A stretch of 64,000 bases of DNA from positions 2,976,001 to 3,040,000 of the forward strand of contig CBDFIQ010000002.1 of the NCBI GenBank assembly GCA_965248195.1, read 5' to 3'. Position 1 is the first letter of the stretch. The number at the start of each line of letters is the position of its first letter. Below, piece after piece: positions 10,443 to 20,189 of this stretch. The position numbers and the translations under genes were made by a program. The notes below the pieces were generated by a model, which searched no databases, was not told the origin of the DNA, and saw only the letters and a program-made list of their open reading frames with translations. Origin of the DNA: Longimicrobiales bacterium (lineage in GTDB: Bacteria; Gemmatimonadota; Gemmatimonadetes; Longimicrobiales; Gaopeijiaceae).

Positions 10443-11669
10443 ATGCACCAACGAGATTCGCAAGTCCTGTGCTGCGCGTCACTGGCCGCTGCGGCCATTC
10501 TTCTATTGAGCGGCTGTGGCTCCGGCTCCGCTCCGCCGCCGACGGTGCGGGCCGTCGAGATGGGTGACTACGAGGTCGTGCTCGACTGGCCCAAGCCACT
10601 ACCCGACGACGATCTCTCCCACGATGGCTGGACCTGGGGGTCCGGCGCGGGGGCGTTTCCCGAAAGTCCGGACAAGGTCTGGATCGCGCAGCGCGGCGAG
10701 ATCGAGCTGCCGCCGGGCGCCGAGCCCTGGGTCTGCGCCTGCCTGCTCGAGCCGCGCCGCACGAACACGGGCCGGCGCGCCTACTCGGACAACGAGTATT
10801 TCTACGATATGCGCCGGCATCACATCGTCTTCGCCGTCGACAGCGAAGGCTACGCGATCGAGGAATGGCTCCAACACGACGCGTATTTCACGCCGCCGTG
10901 CGGCTCAGGATTGGGTGAGATCGGCCGCGGGCCGCATAAGATCCTGCAGAGTCCCTACGATCCCGAGCGGCACATCTGGATCGTCGACGACGACCAGCAC
11001 GTCATTAGCATCTTCACGAACGACGGGGACCTCGTGAAGGTGATGGGCGAGCGCGGCGTGCCCGGACAAGGGCCGAACAACTTTAATCGACCGACGGACA
11101 TCGCCTGGCTGCCCGACGGGACCTTCTTCGTGGCCGACGGCTATGTCGGCACGCGCGTCGCGAAATTCGACCCGGACGGGAACTTCATCATGGATTGGGG
11201 CCGCTCACCGGTCGATCCGGCTGATCCGCAGCCCTACGAGTTCTGGTCCGTGCACAGCATCGGCATCAGCAACGACCGGCGCATCTTCGTCGTCGATCGC
11301 GAGCACAGCCGTATGCAGGTCTTCGACGAGAACGGCACCTTCCTGACGATGTGGCCGACCGGTCTGTACTCGCAGATCCTCGCGCATACCGTAACCCTCG
11401 ACGACTACATCTGGGTCGCGAACTGGACGACCGACCGGCTCGTCAAGTACGATCTCGAAGGCCGCTACATTCTCGACATCGGCGGCTCCGGCGCGCTGCC
11501 GGGCCAGTTCGACGGCGCGCATCAGATCGAGGTCGACGAGGAGGGCAACCTCTACGTTACCGAGGTCTCGAACGACCGCTCGCAGATGTTTCGCCCGAAC
11601 CCCGGTGCCGATCCGGCACGGCTAGTGCATCGCAGGGTCGGCCAGACTCCCGCGCGTTTCCCGCAGTAA
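10443..11669 (+). CDS. NHL-repeat beta-propeller lipoprotein (PAL, peptidyl-alpha-hydroxyglycine lyase-like)
   Basis: Lipobox LSGC; FNRPTDIAW, FFVADGY, VHSI, VVDRE. Confidence 0.85.
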   Translation: MHQRDSQVLCCASLAAAAILLLSGCGSGSAPPPTVRAVEMGDYEVVLDWPKPLPDDDLSHDGWTWGSGAGAFPESPDKVWIAQRGEIELPPGAEPWVCACLLEPRRTNTGRRAYSDNEYFYDMRRHHIVFAVDSEGYAIEEWLQHDAYFTPPCGSGLGEIGRGPHKILQSPYDPERHIWIVDDDQHVISIFTNDGDLVKVMGERGVPGQGPNNFNRPTDIAWLPDGTFFVADGYVGTRVAKFDPDGNFIMDWGRSPVDPADPQPYEFWSVHSIGISNDRRIFVVDREHSRMQVFDENGTFLTMWPTGLYSQILAHTVTLDDYIWVANWTTDRLVKYDLEGRYILDIGGSGALPGQFDGAHQIEVDEEGNLYVTEVSNDRSQMFRPNPGADPARLVHRRVGQTPARFPQ

Positions 11670-11892
11670 GCGACCGCCGAGGGAGGGGGCCACCCGCACC
11701 CCAGTTGAACAGGGAACCCCCTCGCGAGGCGCACCCGAGGACTTCGAGGTGGGAGGTTGGCTGCTTCAAGCCGCTGAGGGCCGCTGAGTTGCGTGCCGTG
11801 CGCCTCAGTTCTTCCGACGTGAAGGGAGTTCTTGGGGCGTGTCGTGGGGCGTCACGCCCCACTTTCGACTCCTAACTCAGCGCAACCAAAAA

Positions 11893-12113
11893 GCCGGAAG
11901 CCCAGATACTTCCTGGACTCCCGGCCTAATGAGCCGGGTGGGTCTCGAACCCACGACCTACGGATTAAAAGTTCGATAGCAGCATATACGCAGAGTGCCC
12001 TTCAGGTAGCCTAAGTAGCTGCGAGTTAGGGTGTTAGGAGGTCGGTTGTTCTCCCGAGTGTTCTCTAGATTCGACCAGTTTCGGGGAGTTTGGGGTCTCG
12101 GTTAGGGTACCAA
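11893..12113 (-). repeat. att-like repeat copy 2 (tRNA-Lys 3' half 11930-11972)
   Basis: 43-bp core identical to copies 1 and 3, with conserved flanks. Confidence 0.9.
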
Positions 12114-12244
12114 GACAGACAGAACCTGTGGTACAGCCAGACGCCGTAACTGATGATCTCCGGAGGGAAACAGTAGCCGCAGTAGCCATTCGTATGCGTT
12201 ATGATTCCGGAGTCTCGCCGGCACGAGCTCAAGTTGACAACGCC
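12113..12244 (-). mobile_element. IS6-family remnant: terminal IR plus transposase N-terminus
   Basis: IR tcaagttgacaacgcc (12229-12244); minus-strand peptide YCGYCFPPEIISYGVWLYHRFCLS. Confidence 0.8.
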
Positions 12245-12257
12245 TTTCGGCTGGATC

Positions 12258-13343
12258 CTACCTTCTGTCGTAGCGGACGAAGGCTCTCGGACCCACCTCG
12301 GCGCCGTAGACGACCGCCCCACCGTTGATCGCCGTGACGCCCTCGGCTGCGCTGCTGCCGCCCCGGGGGTCGGGATCCGGAATGAAAGAACTCACGACGC
12401 CGTCGCGAGCGCTGCCGATCCGGATTCCGCGCTCCCATCCGGCGTGAGCCAGGTCCATGCCATTGTCGTCGCCGTCCCTCGACTCGGAGTCCGCGACGAA
12501 CAGGTTGTCGTCGGCGTCGATGAAAATCCCGCTGGGGCGGCTGAACTGGTACCAGCAATCTAGATAGTTGCCGTCCTGGTCGTAGATCTGAATGCGGTTG
12601 TTATCGCGATCGCCAATGAACAGCCGGCCTTGTGAATCAATGTCTATCGCGTGGAGGCTCGAGAACTCACCCGCTCCGCATGGGCCGTTGCCCGGCTCGC
12701 CCCATTCTAAGATGAAGTTCCCGTCTCTGTCGAACTTCATGATGCGCTCGTTCGTGCCCTCGCCATGACCATCGGCCACGAAGATGTCGCCGTTGTTCCC
12801 TACGACGACGTCGGACGGGGAGCTGAACTGGTTGGGGCCGTTCCCGGACACTTTGAGCGTGCCGAGCTGCAGCAGGATCTCACCGCTCGGGCTGAGCTTC
12901 GTGACCTGCTGTCCAACGTCGCCCCCCGCACCGCGGCCGTCGGGCGGCAGCGGGTCGGTCACCCACACGTTGCCCTGCTGGTCCACGTGGATACCGTGCG
13001 GAAACGCAAACAAGTTGGCCCCCATACGGCCAATCAGATTCCCGTTTGCGTCGTAGTGCATGAGGGGATCGACGTCGGAGTCCACACAGCCATTGCTCCC
13101 GCATCGGTCGATAGCCCAGATGTCGACGCGGCCCTTGGCGGCGTCGGCTCCGGCCGTGGAACCCCAGGTGCGGCCGTCGGGCAGCGCCATGAGCTGCCTC
13201 TCCGAGAAGGGATTCGGCAGGTTGTTGGTCGGCGTCATGTTCGGGTTGCTGTAGTCGTTCTGCTCGGTCGCCGGCGCCGCGCAGACAGTCAATGCTACAA
13301 CCAGCAGCGGCAGCAGGGCCAAACTCATTCTTGAGTGCATCAT
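12258..13343 (-). CDS. Secreted NHL-repeat (PAL-like) protein
   Basis: FAFPHGIHVD, FSSPSDVVV, IFVADGHG, HAIDID, DRDNNRIQ. Confidence 0.9.
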   Translation of the reverse strand: MMHSRMSLALLPLLVVALTVCAAPATEQNDYSNPNMTPTNNLPNPFSERQLMALPDGRTWGSTAGADAAKGRVDIWAIDRCGSNGCVDSDVDPLMHYDANGNLIGRMGANLFAFPHGIHVDQQGNVWVTDPLPPDGRGAGGDVGQQVTKLSPSGEILLQLGTLKVSGNGPNQFSSPSDVVVGNNGDIFVADGHGEGTNERIMKFDRDGNFILEWGEPGNGPCGAGEFSSLHAIDIDSQGRLFIGDRDNNRIQIYDQDGNYLDCWYQFSRPSGIFIDADDNLFVADSESRDGDDNGMDLAHAGWERGIRIGSARDGVVSSFIPDPDPRGGSSAAEGVTAINGGAVVYGAEVGPRAFVRYDRR

Positions 13344-13354
13344 AGAAACCTCGC

Positions 13355-14887
13355 TTACCTGTTCATGTTATAGAGACCTACTTCGCCGCTGCCCGTGCCG
13401 CTGCAGCTCGTCGATCCATACCTCAGAAACTTTTGCACCCGCTGCCCAGTGTCCACTTCGCCGGTGTAGATATTGCCCTGCGAGTCTACGGACAGGGCAT
13501 GGAGCCAGTGGAACTCACCCGCCTGACGGCCGGCCCGTCCAATCCGGTCGAGCTCGGTCCGGTTCTCGCGGTTGATGACGTAGAGCGTGCCGTTAGCGAG
13601 GTCCCCGACGTAGATGCAGCTCTCACCAGGATCGGTGGAGAGCGCCGCAGTGCCAGCCGTCCCGCTGGCCGTGTGCGGGGCTATATGGATCTCATCTACG
13701 AAGCCGCACGCATCGGGCTGAGCGTTCGGATTCGCGCATGGCTTGCCTAACTCCGCCGCTCCCAAATCGAAAATTTGGACGCGGTTGTTACCGCGGTCAC
13801 AGGCGTACAAGAATCCGTCTTGACTCGCGATGGCACAGTGCAGCGGACTGCGGAAGAACAAGGGCGTCATGTTGCCGGCCTGGTAGTCGGCTATCCACGG
13901 GCCGACGTCGGTATCTGCCACTACCGAACTCGGATCGTCCACGACCGGGTTCTGCCCGTACGCACCGAAATGTCCGATGTACTGTCCCGTCTCGGCGTCC
14001 ACGATCAGGATGCGCCGATTCCCGTACCCGTCCGCGACGTAGAGGCGGTTCGTGCTGGCGTCGACGGACATGTCCGCTACCAGATACGGCTGCGGTGTCC
14101 CATTGGGCCCGCCGTCAATGTTCTCGCTGTCCGGTCCTTCCATTCCGGCGGTTCCGATTTGATAGATGAACTCTCCGTCCGCCGTGAACTTCACTATGTG
14201 CGAATCGTCCCCGAAGGGTGCCGCCCACGGATAGGTCGCCAAGCCCTGTTGCTGACGGGCTCCACCGTCCTGCCCGTTCCCCGACACATATACGAAATCA
14301 TTGTGGTCCACGAAGATTCCATGCTCACGTGCCGGCCAGGAACACCCGTCCGCCTCGCGACAGTTCTCCTCGAGGAAGCCCGGATCGGCGGGCCCGCCCC
14401 AGGCGTCGAGTAGGTTCCCTTCGATGTCGAACTTGAGCACCGACGGCGCCGGTACACAGCACCCCGTGTTCCGCTCGGCGTATGGCCTTGAATGTCCGAC
14501 AGCGCTGATCGGGACACCCCGCTCATTCGTCGCAACTCTCGGCATGGCCCCGGCAGAGCTCGCATTCAGCGTCCGCGGCCGATGATACACCCAGATATTG
14601 TCGTTCGAGTCCACGGAAATTCCGCCGACCTGGCCGATCCGCCAATCGTTGGGCAGCGGCTTTGGCCAGCTTGGGTCGACCACGAAGCTCGGCGCCGAAG
14701 CGCCGTCGGGAGCCCGGGACGCCCATCGACTCTCGCCGAGGTTTTCGACCACTCCGGCTTCGCGAAGCGCGGCCGCGGCTGCGCCTTCTTCCGCCGGCGG
14801 TCCGTCTTGCTCCGGACTCATGCAGGCGGCGCTGCCAAAAGCAGTCCCGAGCAGAACAACAAGGGCGACCAAATGAGTCTTCGACAT
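13355..14887 (-). CDS. NHL-repeat lipoprotein
   Basis: SAAC lipobox, FVVDPSWPKPLP, HGIFVD, LYVADGYGN, CDRGNNRVQ, HALSVDSQGNIY. Confidence 0.85.
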   Translation of the reverse strand: MSKTHLVALVVLLGTAFGSAACMSPEQDGPPAEEGAAAAALREAGVVENLGESRWASRAPDGASAPSFVVDPSWPKPLPNDWRIGQVGGISVDSNDNIWVYHRPRTLNASSAGAMPRVATNERGVPISAVGHSRPYAERNTGCCVPAPSVLKFDIEGNLLDAWGGPADPGFLEENCREADGCSWPAREHGIFVDHNDFVYVSGNGQDGGARQQQGLATYPWAAPFGDDSHIVKFTADGEFIYQIGTAGMEGPDSENIDGGPNGTPQPYLVADMSVDASTNRLYVADGYGNRRILIVDAETGQYIGHFGAYGQNPVVDDPSSVVADTDVGPWIADYQAGNMTPLFFRSPLHCAIASQDGFLYACDRGNNRVQIFDLGAAELGKPCANPNAQPDACGFVDEIHIAPHTASGTAGTAALSTDPGESCIYVGDLANGTLYVINRENRTELDRIGRAGRQAGEFHWLHALSVDSQGNIYTGEVDTGQRVQKFLRYGSTSCSGTGSGEVGLYNMNR

Positions 14888-14968
14888 GACACGCCTCTTC
14901 CTACCTACTAAGGTTGCGACAGGATCTCGCTATGTATGTAGCTCGCAACATCGTGCAACTCCTCGAGG

Positions 14969-14984
14969 GGCATTGTCAACTTGA
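14969..14984. mobile_element. Isolated IS6-family terminal IR
   Basis: ggcattgtcaacttga; 15/16 inverted match to 12229-12244. Confidence 0.65.
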
Positions 14985-15242
14985 TGTGGCCGGAGTGAAG
15001 CTCAAGTAGGGGATTGATTATCGAGTACGACGAAGGGGACGAGGTGGCGATCCTGTCGCCGTTAGGCATCGCAGAGGTTGAGGAACACATTCTTCCTTCC
15101 TTGATCGCGTGACGTGTGGGTGTCTGGGTTGTCGTCCAACGTCGCGCTCCCGCTCGCGCCCTTATAGAGCGAGCGCTCGACGCGTTCAGATACTCCGACT
15201 TCCCCTCCCATCCGCTGAGTCCCCACCACGCAACCTGAGTTT

Positions 15243-15523
15243 TTGGGGTACCACTTGGGGTCCCATAGGCCCATTTTCGGCCCTGACTCGCGGACACCAA
15301 AAAGCCGGAAGCCCGCCTACCTAAGGGCTTCCGGCCCAGTGAGCCGGGTGGGTCTCGAACCCACGACCTACGGATTAAAAGTCCGATAGCAGCATATACG
15401 CAGAGTGCCCACGAGGTAGCCTAAGTTGTGTCAAGTTAGGGTGTTAGGGGGTCAGTTGTTCTCTCTAGGGGTCCTGAGATACGACCAGTTTCGGGGAGTT
15501 TGGGGTCCCGGTTGGGGTCCCAA
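15243..15523 (-). repeat. att-like repeat copy 3 (tRNA-Lys 3' half 15340-15385) with arm-type repeats on both sides
   Basis: Same core; tggggtacc-act-tggggtccc on the left and tggggtccc-ggt-tggggtccc on the right. Confidence 0.9.
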
Positions 15524-15742
15524 AACTGTCTGAAACCATCAGTGTCGTTCTACTCGACGGTATCAGGCCTATACCGACTCACCCATCGCCGCCCATCCAC
15601 ACATCCAGTTGTCCCATTCGAGCATTTGCTAAATGCCTGGCCGCCCGCCTCACCCTCCAACCCTGGCGGCCGGCCGCAAATTGACGGGTTTGGACCTCGC
15701 ACTCACGTTGTCCCAACCCGCCAAAGGGCTTTTGCTTTTCCT

Positions 15743-16190
15743 TCTATGGGGAGTCGGGCCCTGGCCGCGGCGCTCACCGAAATCGGCCGAGACATCTCGG
15801 AGCCGCTCTTCGGCGAAGTGATCTTCGCCGCACCCGACATCGATGCGCGGGAGTTTCGCAGTATCGTCGCCCCGGCGATCGTCGGGACGGCCGAGCGCAT
15901 CACGCTGTACGCGTCCTCGAAGGACCGGGCGCTGCGTGTGTCACAGGCCCTCCACGACTATCCACGGGCCGGGGACTCCGGCGAGGGGCTCAACCGTCCT
16001 CGAAGGAATCGAGACGAGCGACGCGTCGGTCATCGACACGAGCTTGCTCGGGCACTCCTACTTCGCGGATGCGACCTAGCTGGTCAGAGATCTGTTGTCG
16101 GTCATCCTCGAAGCCCTTCCGCCCTCCGATCGTTCTCTGGAGGCCGATGTCAAAGCGGGTATGACGTACTGGCGATTCGGAGTGAGTGGG
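15743..16190 (+). pseudogene. Alpha/beta hydrolase (DUF900-like), 5'-truncated and frameshifted
   Basis: SMG..FAAPDID..TLYASSKDRAL..PRAG, then a shifted frame reading DASVIDTSLLGHSYF. Confidence 0.75.
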
Positions 16191-16390
16191 TAGAGTCCGC
16201 TCGAGGCACTGTCGGATCAGCTCGAGCACACGGTCGGCTGACGACCAATTTCTTGTTGCATCTGCGCTCCCCCTCTTCTATTATGGCCTGTCGTACCCTG
16301 GCGCGGCTGTGACCCCCCCCCACTGAGATTTCCGCGTTCCAGGACCTGCGCTCCATGCAAGACGGCCTCAGGACGACGGATCTACAGCCT

Positions 16391-17914
16391 ATGGCGTTCA
16401 TCGACGGTTTCGGACACGACGTCTTCATCAGCTACGCCCATGTCGACGCCCCCGACCCGTACCATCCCGAGAGCTGGATGGACCGGTTTGACGCGGCGTT
16501 GCAGATCCAGCTAGAACAAAGACTCAACAAGCTGGCGTTTTCGATGTGGCGGGACGACCGTCGGCTGATGCCGAACTTCGAATTCGACGAGGAAATCGCC
16601 CAGAGCATCGACAGCAGCGCCGTCTTGCTGGTACTGCTCTCGCCCGGGTACGTCGATTCGCCCTATTGCCGGATGGAACTCGAGCGCTTCGTGAAGACGG
16701 CGAAGGCGTCCTCCCTCGGGCTCAAGGTCGATAGCGGTTCGCGAATTTTCTTGGTCAAGCTCGATGAGTTGCGACCGGACCAAGCTCAACCGCCCGTGCT
16801 CCAGACCATGGACGGAGTCCAACTCTTCGAGAGGGACAAGAAGAATCTACCACGGAGGTTGCGTGACGGTGACCTCTACCAAGAAGCTGTCGATAGGCTC
16901 GCGGTCCAACTCGCGACCTTTCTGATGCAGATGAAGCAAGCGACGCCGACTCGGAAAGTTTCGACTCGGCCGGTAGCCGGCCTGACGCCGGGCTCCGGGG
17001 GTCCGACGACGGTCTTCCTCGGACATGCGACGTCCGATCTCGAGGAGCAGCGCGAACAACTTGCGGAGACGCTGACGCAGTATGGGGTCACTGTACTGCC
17101 GGATATCGACCCCGCTGGCTTGGATCTGGACTCGCTGACGGACGCGATCGCGAAGCACTGTTCGGCTGCGACGATCTCATTCCACCTTACGGGCAGGAGA
17201 CACGGCGAGCCCCTCTACGGAGACGAGCTCAACCCGACGCTGCCGGTCCTGGACTATGAGGTTGCTGTCGACACGGCCGACTCCCGCAGAAAGAGTCAGG
17301 CCGAGCTGGGGGAATTGGACTCCAACGCGCCTGCCTCCGTGATTGTGTGGACGCCGGGCGAAGTAATCGCCAGCCTGGGGGAAGTGGACGATGCACAGAA
17401 GCAGTTCCTCAGGGAGATCAAGAGACAGAAGAGCGCGAGCGTCGAGTGGTTGCAGCAAGGCATGGAAAACCTAATCGACATCTCGTTCAAGCGGCTCGGC
17501 GTCGAGCGCGAGCAGCCCACAACGGATGCGGTCTCCGACAGCGCCTATGTGCTGGTTTCGTGCAAGCCCGAGGCCAAGCACCATAACGACTTTCGGAAGA
17601 TCCTGGATTACCTGCTCGACCATGGGGTGGACTACGAGTTCGACATCAACAGCGACGTGTCCTTCCAGGAGCATGCTTCACTCTACGATGGCTTATTGAT
17701 CCTCTACCTCGAGTCCGGCGAAACCTGGGTGAAGGCCCGAGCGCGGGAGGCCTCCCAGTGTATCCGGCGACGCAAGGGCCTGGTCGCCGGCATTTACGAC
17801 GGTCCCCCACCCGAGAAACCCGAGTTCGGCTTTGAATCGAGCACGGTCCCGGTCTACGTCGGGCGCGACGGCTTCGATGGCCATGTGCTCGACAATTTCC
17901 TGGAAAGGTTCTAG
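16391..17914 (+). CDS. TIR-domain protein (N-terminal TIR plus two degenerate TIR-like segments)
   Basis: DVFISYAH, MWRD, LLSPGYVDSPYCRMEL; later VFLGHATSDL and YVLVSC segments. Confidence 0.8.
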   Translation: MAFIDGFGHDVFISYAHVDAPDPYHPESWMDRFDAALQIQLEQRLNKLAFSMWRDDRRLMPNFEFDEEIAQSIDSSAVLLVLLSPGYVDSPYCRMELERFVKTAKASSLGLKVDSGSRIFLVKLDELRPDQAQPPVLQTMDGVQLFERDKKNLPRRLRDGDLYQEAVDRLAVQLATFLMQMKQATPTRKVSTRPVAGLTPGSGGPTTVFLGHATSDLEEQREQLAETLTQYGVTVLPDIDPAGLDLDSLTDAIAKHCSAATISFHLTGRRHGEPLYGDELNPTLPVLDYEVAVDTADSRRKSQAELGELDSNAPASVIVWTPGEVIASLGEVDDAQKQFLREIKRQKSASVEWLQQGMENLIDISFKRLGVEREQPTTDAVSDSAYVLVSCKPEAKHHNDFRKILDYLLDHGVDYEFDINSDVSFQEHASLYDGLLILYLESGETWVKARAREASQCIRRRKGLVAGIYDGPPPEKPEFGFESSTVPVYVGRDGFDGHVLDNFLERF

Positions 17915-17925
17915 GGGACACCGTC

Positions 17926-18648
17926 GTGACGGATGGCGACGCACTCCAGGAAGCGGCAGATCGGCGCTTGAACCCCTTCCCGGGGATTCGGCCGTACCAG
18001 CCCGACGAGTCCCACCTCTTCTTCGGTCGCGACGAGCACGTACACGAACTCCTACGCACGATGCGGCGCAATCGTTTTGTCGCGGTGCTCGGGAATTCGG
18101 GTACGGGAAAATCGTCTATTGTCCGAGCCGGGGTGCTTCCACCGCTCGAGTCGGGCTTCATGGTGCCCGAGGCGGGGCTTTGGCGCATGGCGATCATGCA
18201 GCCGGGGAGGTCGGACCCGATCCGGGCGTTGGCGGATGCCATCAGCAGCGACAAGAAGCGCGGCTGGGGGCTCGGGAAGTCCCGCGACGAGGTGCTTCGA
18301 GAATTGAGGCGCGGGGGTCTCGGCCTCATCAATGTCGCTCAGCAAGCGCCTGTCAGACCGGGGAGCCGGTTTCTCATACTCGTCGATCAATTCGAAGAAC
18401 TCTTCGGGTTCATGGACGCACCCGGAGACTTCAGAGGAAGCGACGAAGCCCGTGCGTTTATCCGGCTGTTGATCGAGGCCACGACGAACTCGAGCCTGCC
18501 GATCTACGTCGTGATGACGATGCGCTCGGAGTTTCTGGGCCACTGTGCGGCCCTGCCGGGCCTTACGGAGATTATCAACCGTAGCCTCTATCTCGTTCCG
18601 GAGCTGACTCGGGACCAGCTTCGACAAGTCATCGAGGGCCCGGTACAC
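17926..18648 (+). pseudogene. nSTAND1-type NTPase, truncated by IS3
   Basis: NPFPGIRPY..LFFGRD, Walker A GNSGTGKSS, Walker B LVDQFEELF, TMRSEF. Confidence 0.85.
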
Positions 18649-18706
18649 TGGAGTGAACCCCTGAGGGTGGACAACGAGAGTTGGTTGGATTGACCAGTCA
18701 GTGGCT

Positions 18707-19501
18707 TCAAGCTGCATGAATGCTCTCGAATTCCTCAGGTGGCATGTAACCGAGCGAGGAGTGCAAGCGTCTTCGATTGTACACCTCCTCAAGGAAGTGG
18801 GGGAGTCGGTTGGCTACGTCATCAATTGTGCTGTAGTCGTTTGCCAAGATCTCCTCGTGCTTCAGGGTTTTGAAAAAGCTCTCAACATGGGCGTTGTCGT
18901 ACGGGTTGCCCCGCCGGGACATCGATCCTCGGACACCGTGTTCGGCGAGACGTGAACGGTACAATTGGGATGCATACTGGACGCCGCGATCGGAGTGGTG
19001 GATGAGGCCAGACCGCGGCTGCCGAAGTTCGAGTGCGGCATCGAGTGCGGCCAGGCAAAGACGCACGTCCAGGAGATGGCTGATGGCGTAGCCAATGACA
19101 CGCCGCGACCACACGTCGAGCACGACGGCTAGGAAAACAAAGCCGGTCGTGAGCCGGATGTACGTCAGATCGGCCACCCAGAGCTCGTCAGGCCCCTCGG
19201 GCGTGATCGACGACCTCAGGTTCGGGTAGATGCGCTGCTTGTGATTGCTGTTCGTCGTAGCAAGCCATGCGCGTACGCGGTGGGGCGTAAGCGCGTGTTC
19301 ACGCATAATCCTAGAGACTCGCTTGTGATTGACCACCAGGCCGCGTCTCCCGAGTTCGTGCGTGACCCGGCGATATCCGTAGGCGGGGAACTCGGCGAGA
19401 ATGTCTTCGATCCGCACGCGCAGGTCCCCGTCCGCTCTCTCCCGAGCGGTCTCGCAGGCCGCATCCGGTCGCTTGTAGAAGGTACTCCTCGGGATGTTCA
19501 T
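18707..19501 (-). CDS. IS3 OrfB DDE transposase (joined to OrfA by -1 frameshift)
   Basis: YGYRR, WVADLTYI, HHSDRGVQY, DNAHVESFFKTLK. Confidence 0.95.
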   Translation of the reverse strand: MNIPRSTFYKRPDAACETARERADGDLRVRIEDILAEFPAYGYRRVTHELGRRGLVVNHKRVSRIMREHALTPHRVRAWLATTNSNHKQRIYPNLRSSITPEGPDELWVADLTYIRLTTGFVFLAVVLDVWSRRVIGYAISHLLDVRLCLAALDAALELRQPRSGLIHHSDRGVQYASQLYRSRLAEHGVRGSMSRRGNPYDNAHVESFFKTLKHEEILANDYSTIDDVANRLPHFLEEVYNRRRLHSSLGYMPPEEFESIHAA

Positions 19502-19860
19502 GAGGCTGCATCCCCGTCGGACAGGGACACCCCTGGCCCGGAGATGATCGACGGCCGCGCGCTTTTCTGTGACGGCTGTATCAGAGCCCTTTTTTTCATG
19601 GCGTCGAGTTCCATCGTCAACTGACCAATCTTGCGCTCGAGTGCCGCGATCTTGGCCTGGTCCTCGACAACTTGCTCCTGCAGGTGGATCTCCTCCGTAA
19701 GTTCGCCTTCCCCGTACTTCTTGACCCAGATCATGAGTAGGGAGTGAGGTACACTGTGTCGAGTAGCGATCGCCCTCGCACTGCCTTCTCCATCCAAGTA
19801 CGCCTGGACCAGCTGGATCTTGAACTCCGTGCTGTACCTCGTGTGTCGTCGAACCGTCAT
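19498..19860 (-). CDS. IS3 OrfA HTH protein
   Basis: RYSTEFK HTH plus coiled coil. Confidence 0.9.
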   Translation of the reverse strand: MTVRRHTRYSTEFKIQLVQAYLDGEGSARAIATRHSVPHSLLMIWVKKYGEGELTEEIHLQEQVVEDQAKIAALERKIGQLTMELDAMKKRALIQPSQKSARPSIISGPGVSLSDGDAAS

Positions 19861-19998
19861 CGAACCTCCCGAGTGATTACGGAAGGTCAATCCATCGCCC
19901 CCTCTGTGTCCACTTTGTAGGGTTCACTCCAAGACCTGTGCAGCTTTCGATGGCCGTTGACACGGGGAACATAATGGGGGAGGGAGGCCGTGGGAAAC

Positions 19999-20026
19999 TT
20001 GACATTTCATGGGCCCTTTCTAGGTT
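19999..20026 (+). promoter_or_regulatory. Sigma70-like promoter, probably the original tRNA-Gly/Cys promoter
   Basis: TTGACA-16 bp-TAGGTT. Confidence 0.5.
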
Positions 20027-20189
20027 CCAGCGCACAATTGAAGGGTGTTTCGGAAACGTTTTGTGTAGGTTTGGGTAGGGATCCGAGACACCCTTTTTCT
20101 TGGGGGATTATATCCAATCGTAACCAAACCCCTTGACTTTGGCCAGTCATAATGTTACTATTAGTCTGTAAATTAGACTAGGAGAAACG

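Larger units (their letters stand above)
18649..19931 (-). mobile_element. IS3-family element, 1283 bp
   Basis: 25-bp imperfect IRs TGGAGTGAACCC...GTGGACA at both ends; orfA/orfB with A7G slippery run at ~19589-19596. Confidence 0.95.

Noticed and set aside
9380..15385. Three functional tRNA-Lys genes, or a CRISPR array
   Set aside because: No D-arm or acceptor 5' strand; the spacers are kb-sized and gene-bearing; no cas genes.
15500..16312. 270-aa ORF as a real gene
   Set aside because: It is a chimera of att arm, oriIS-like end and hydrolase fragment.
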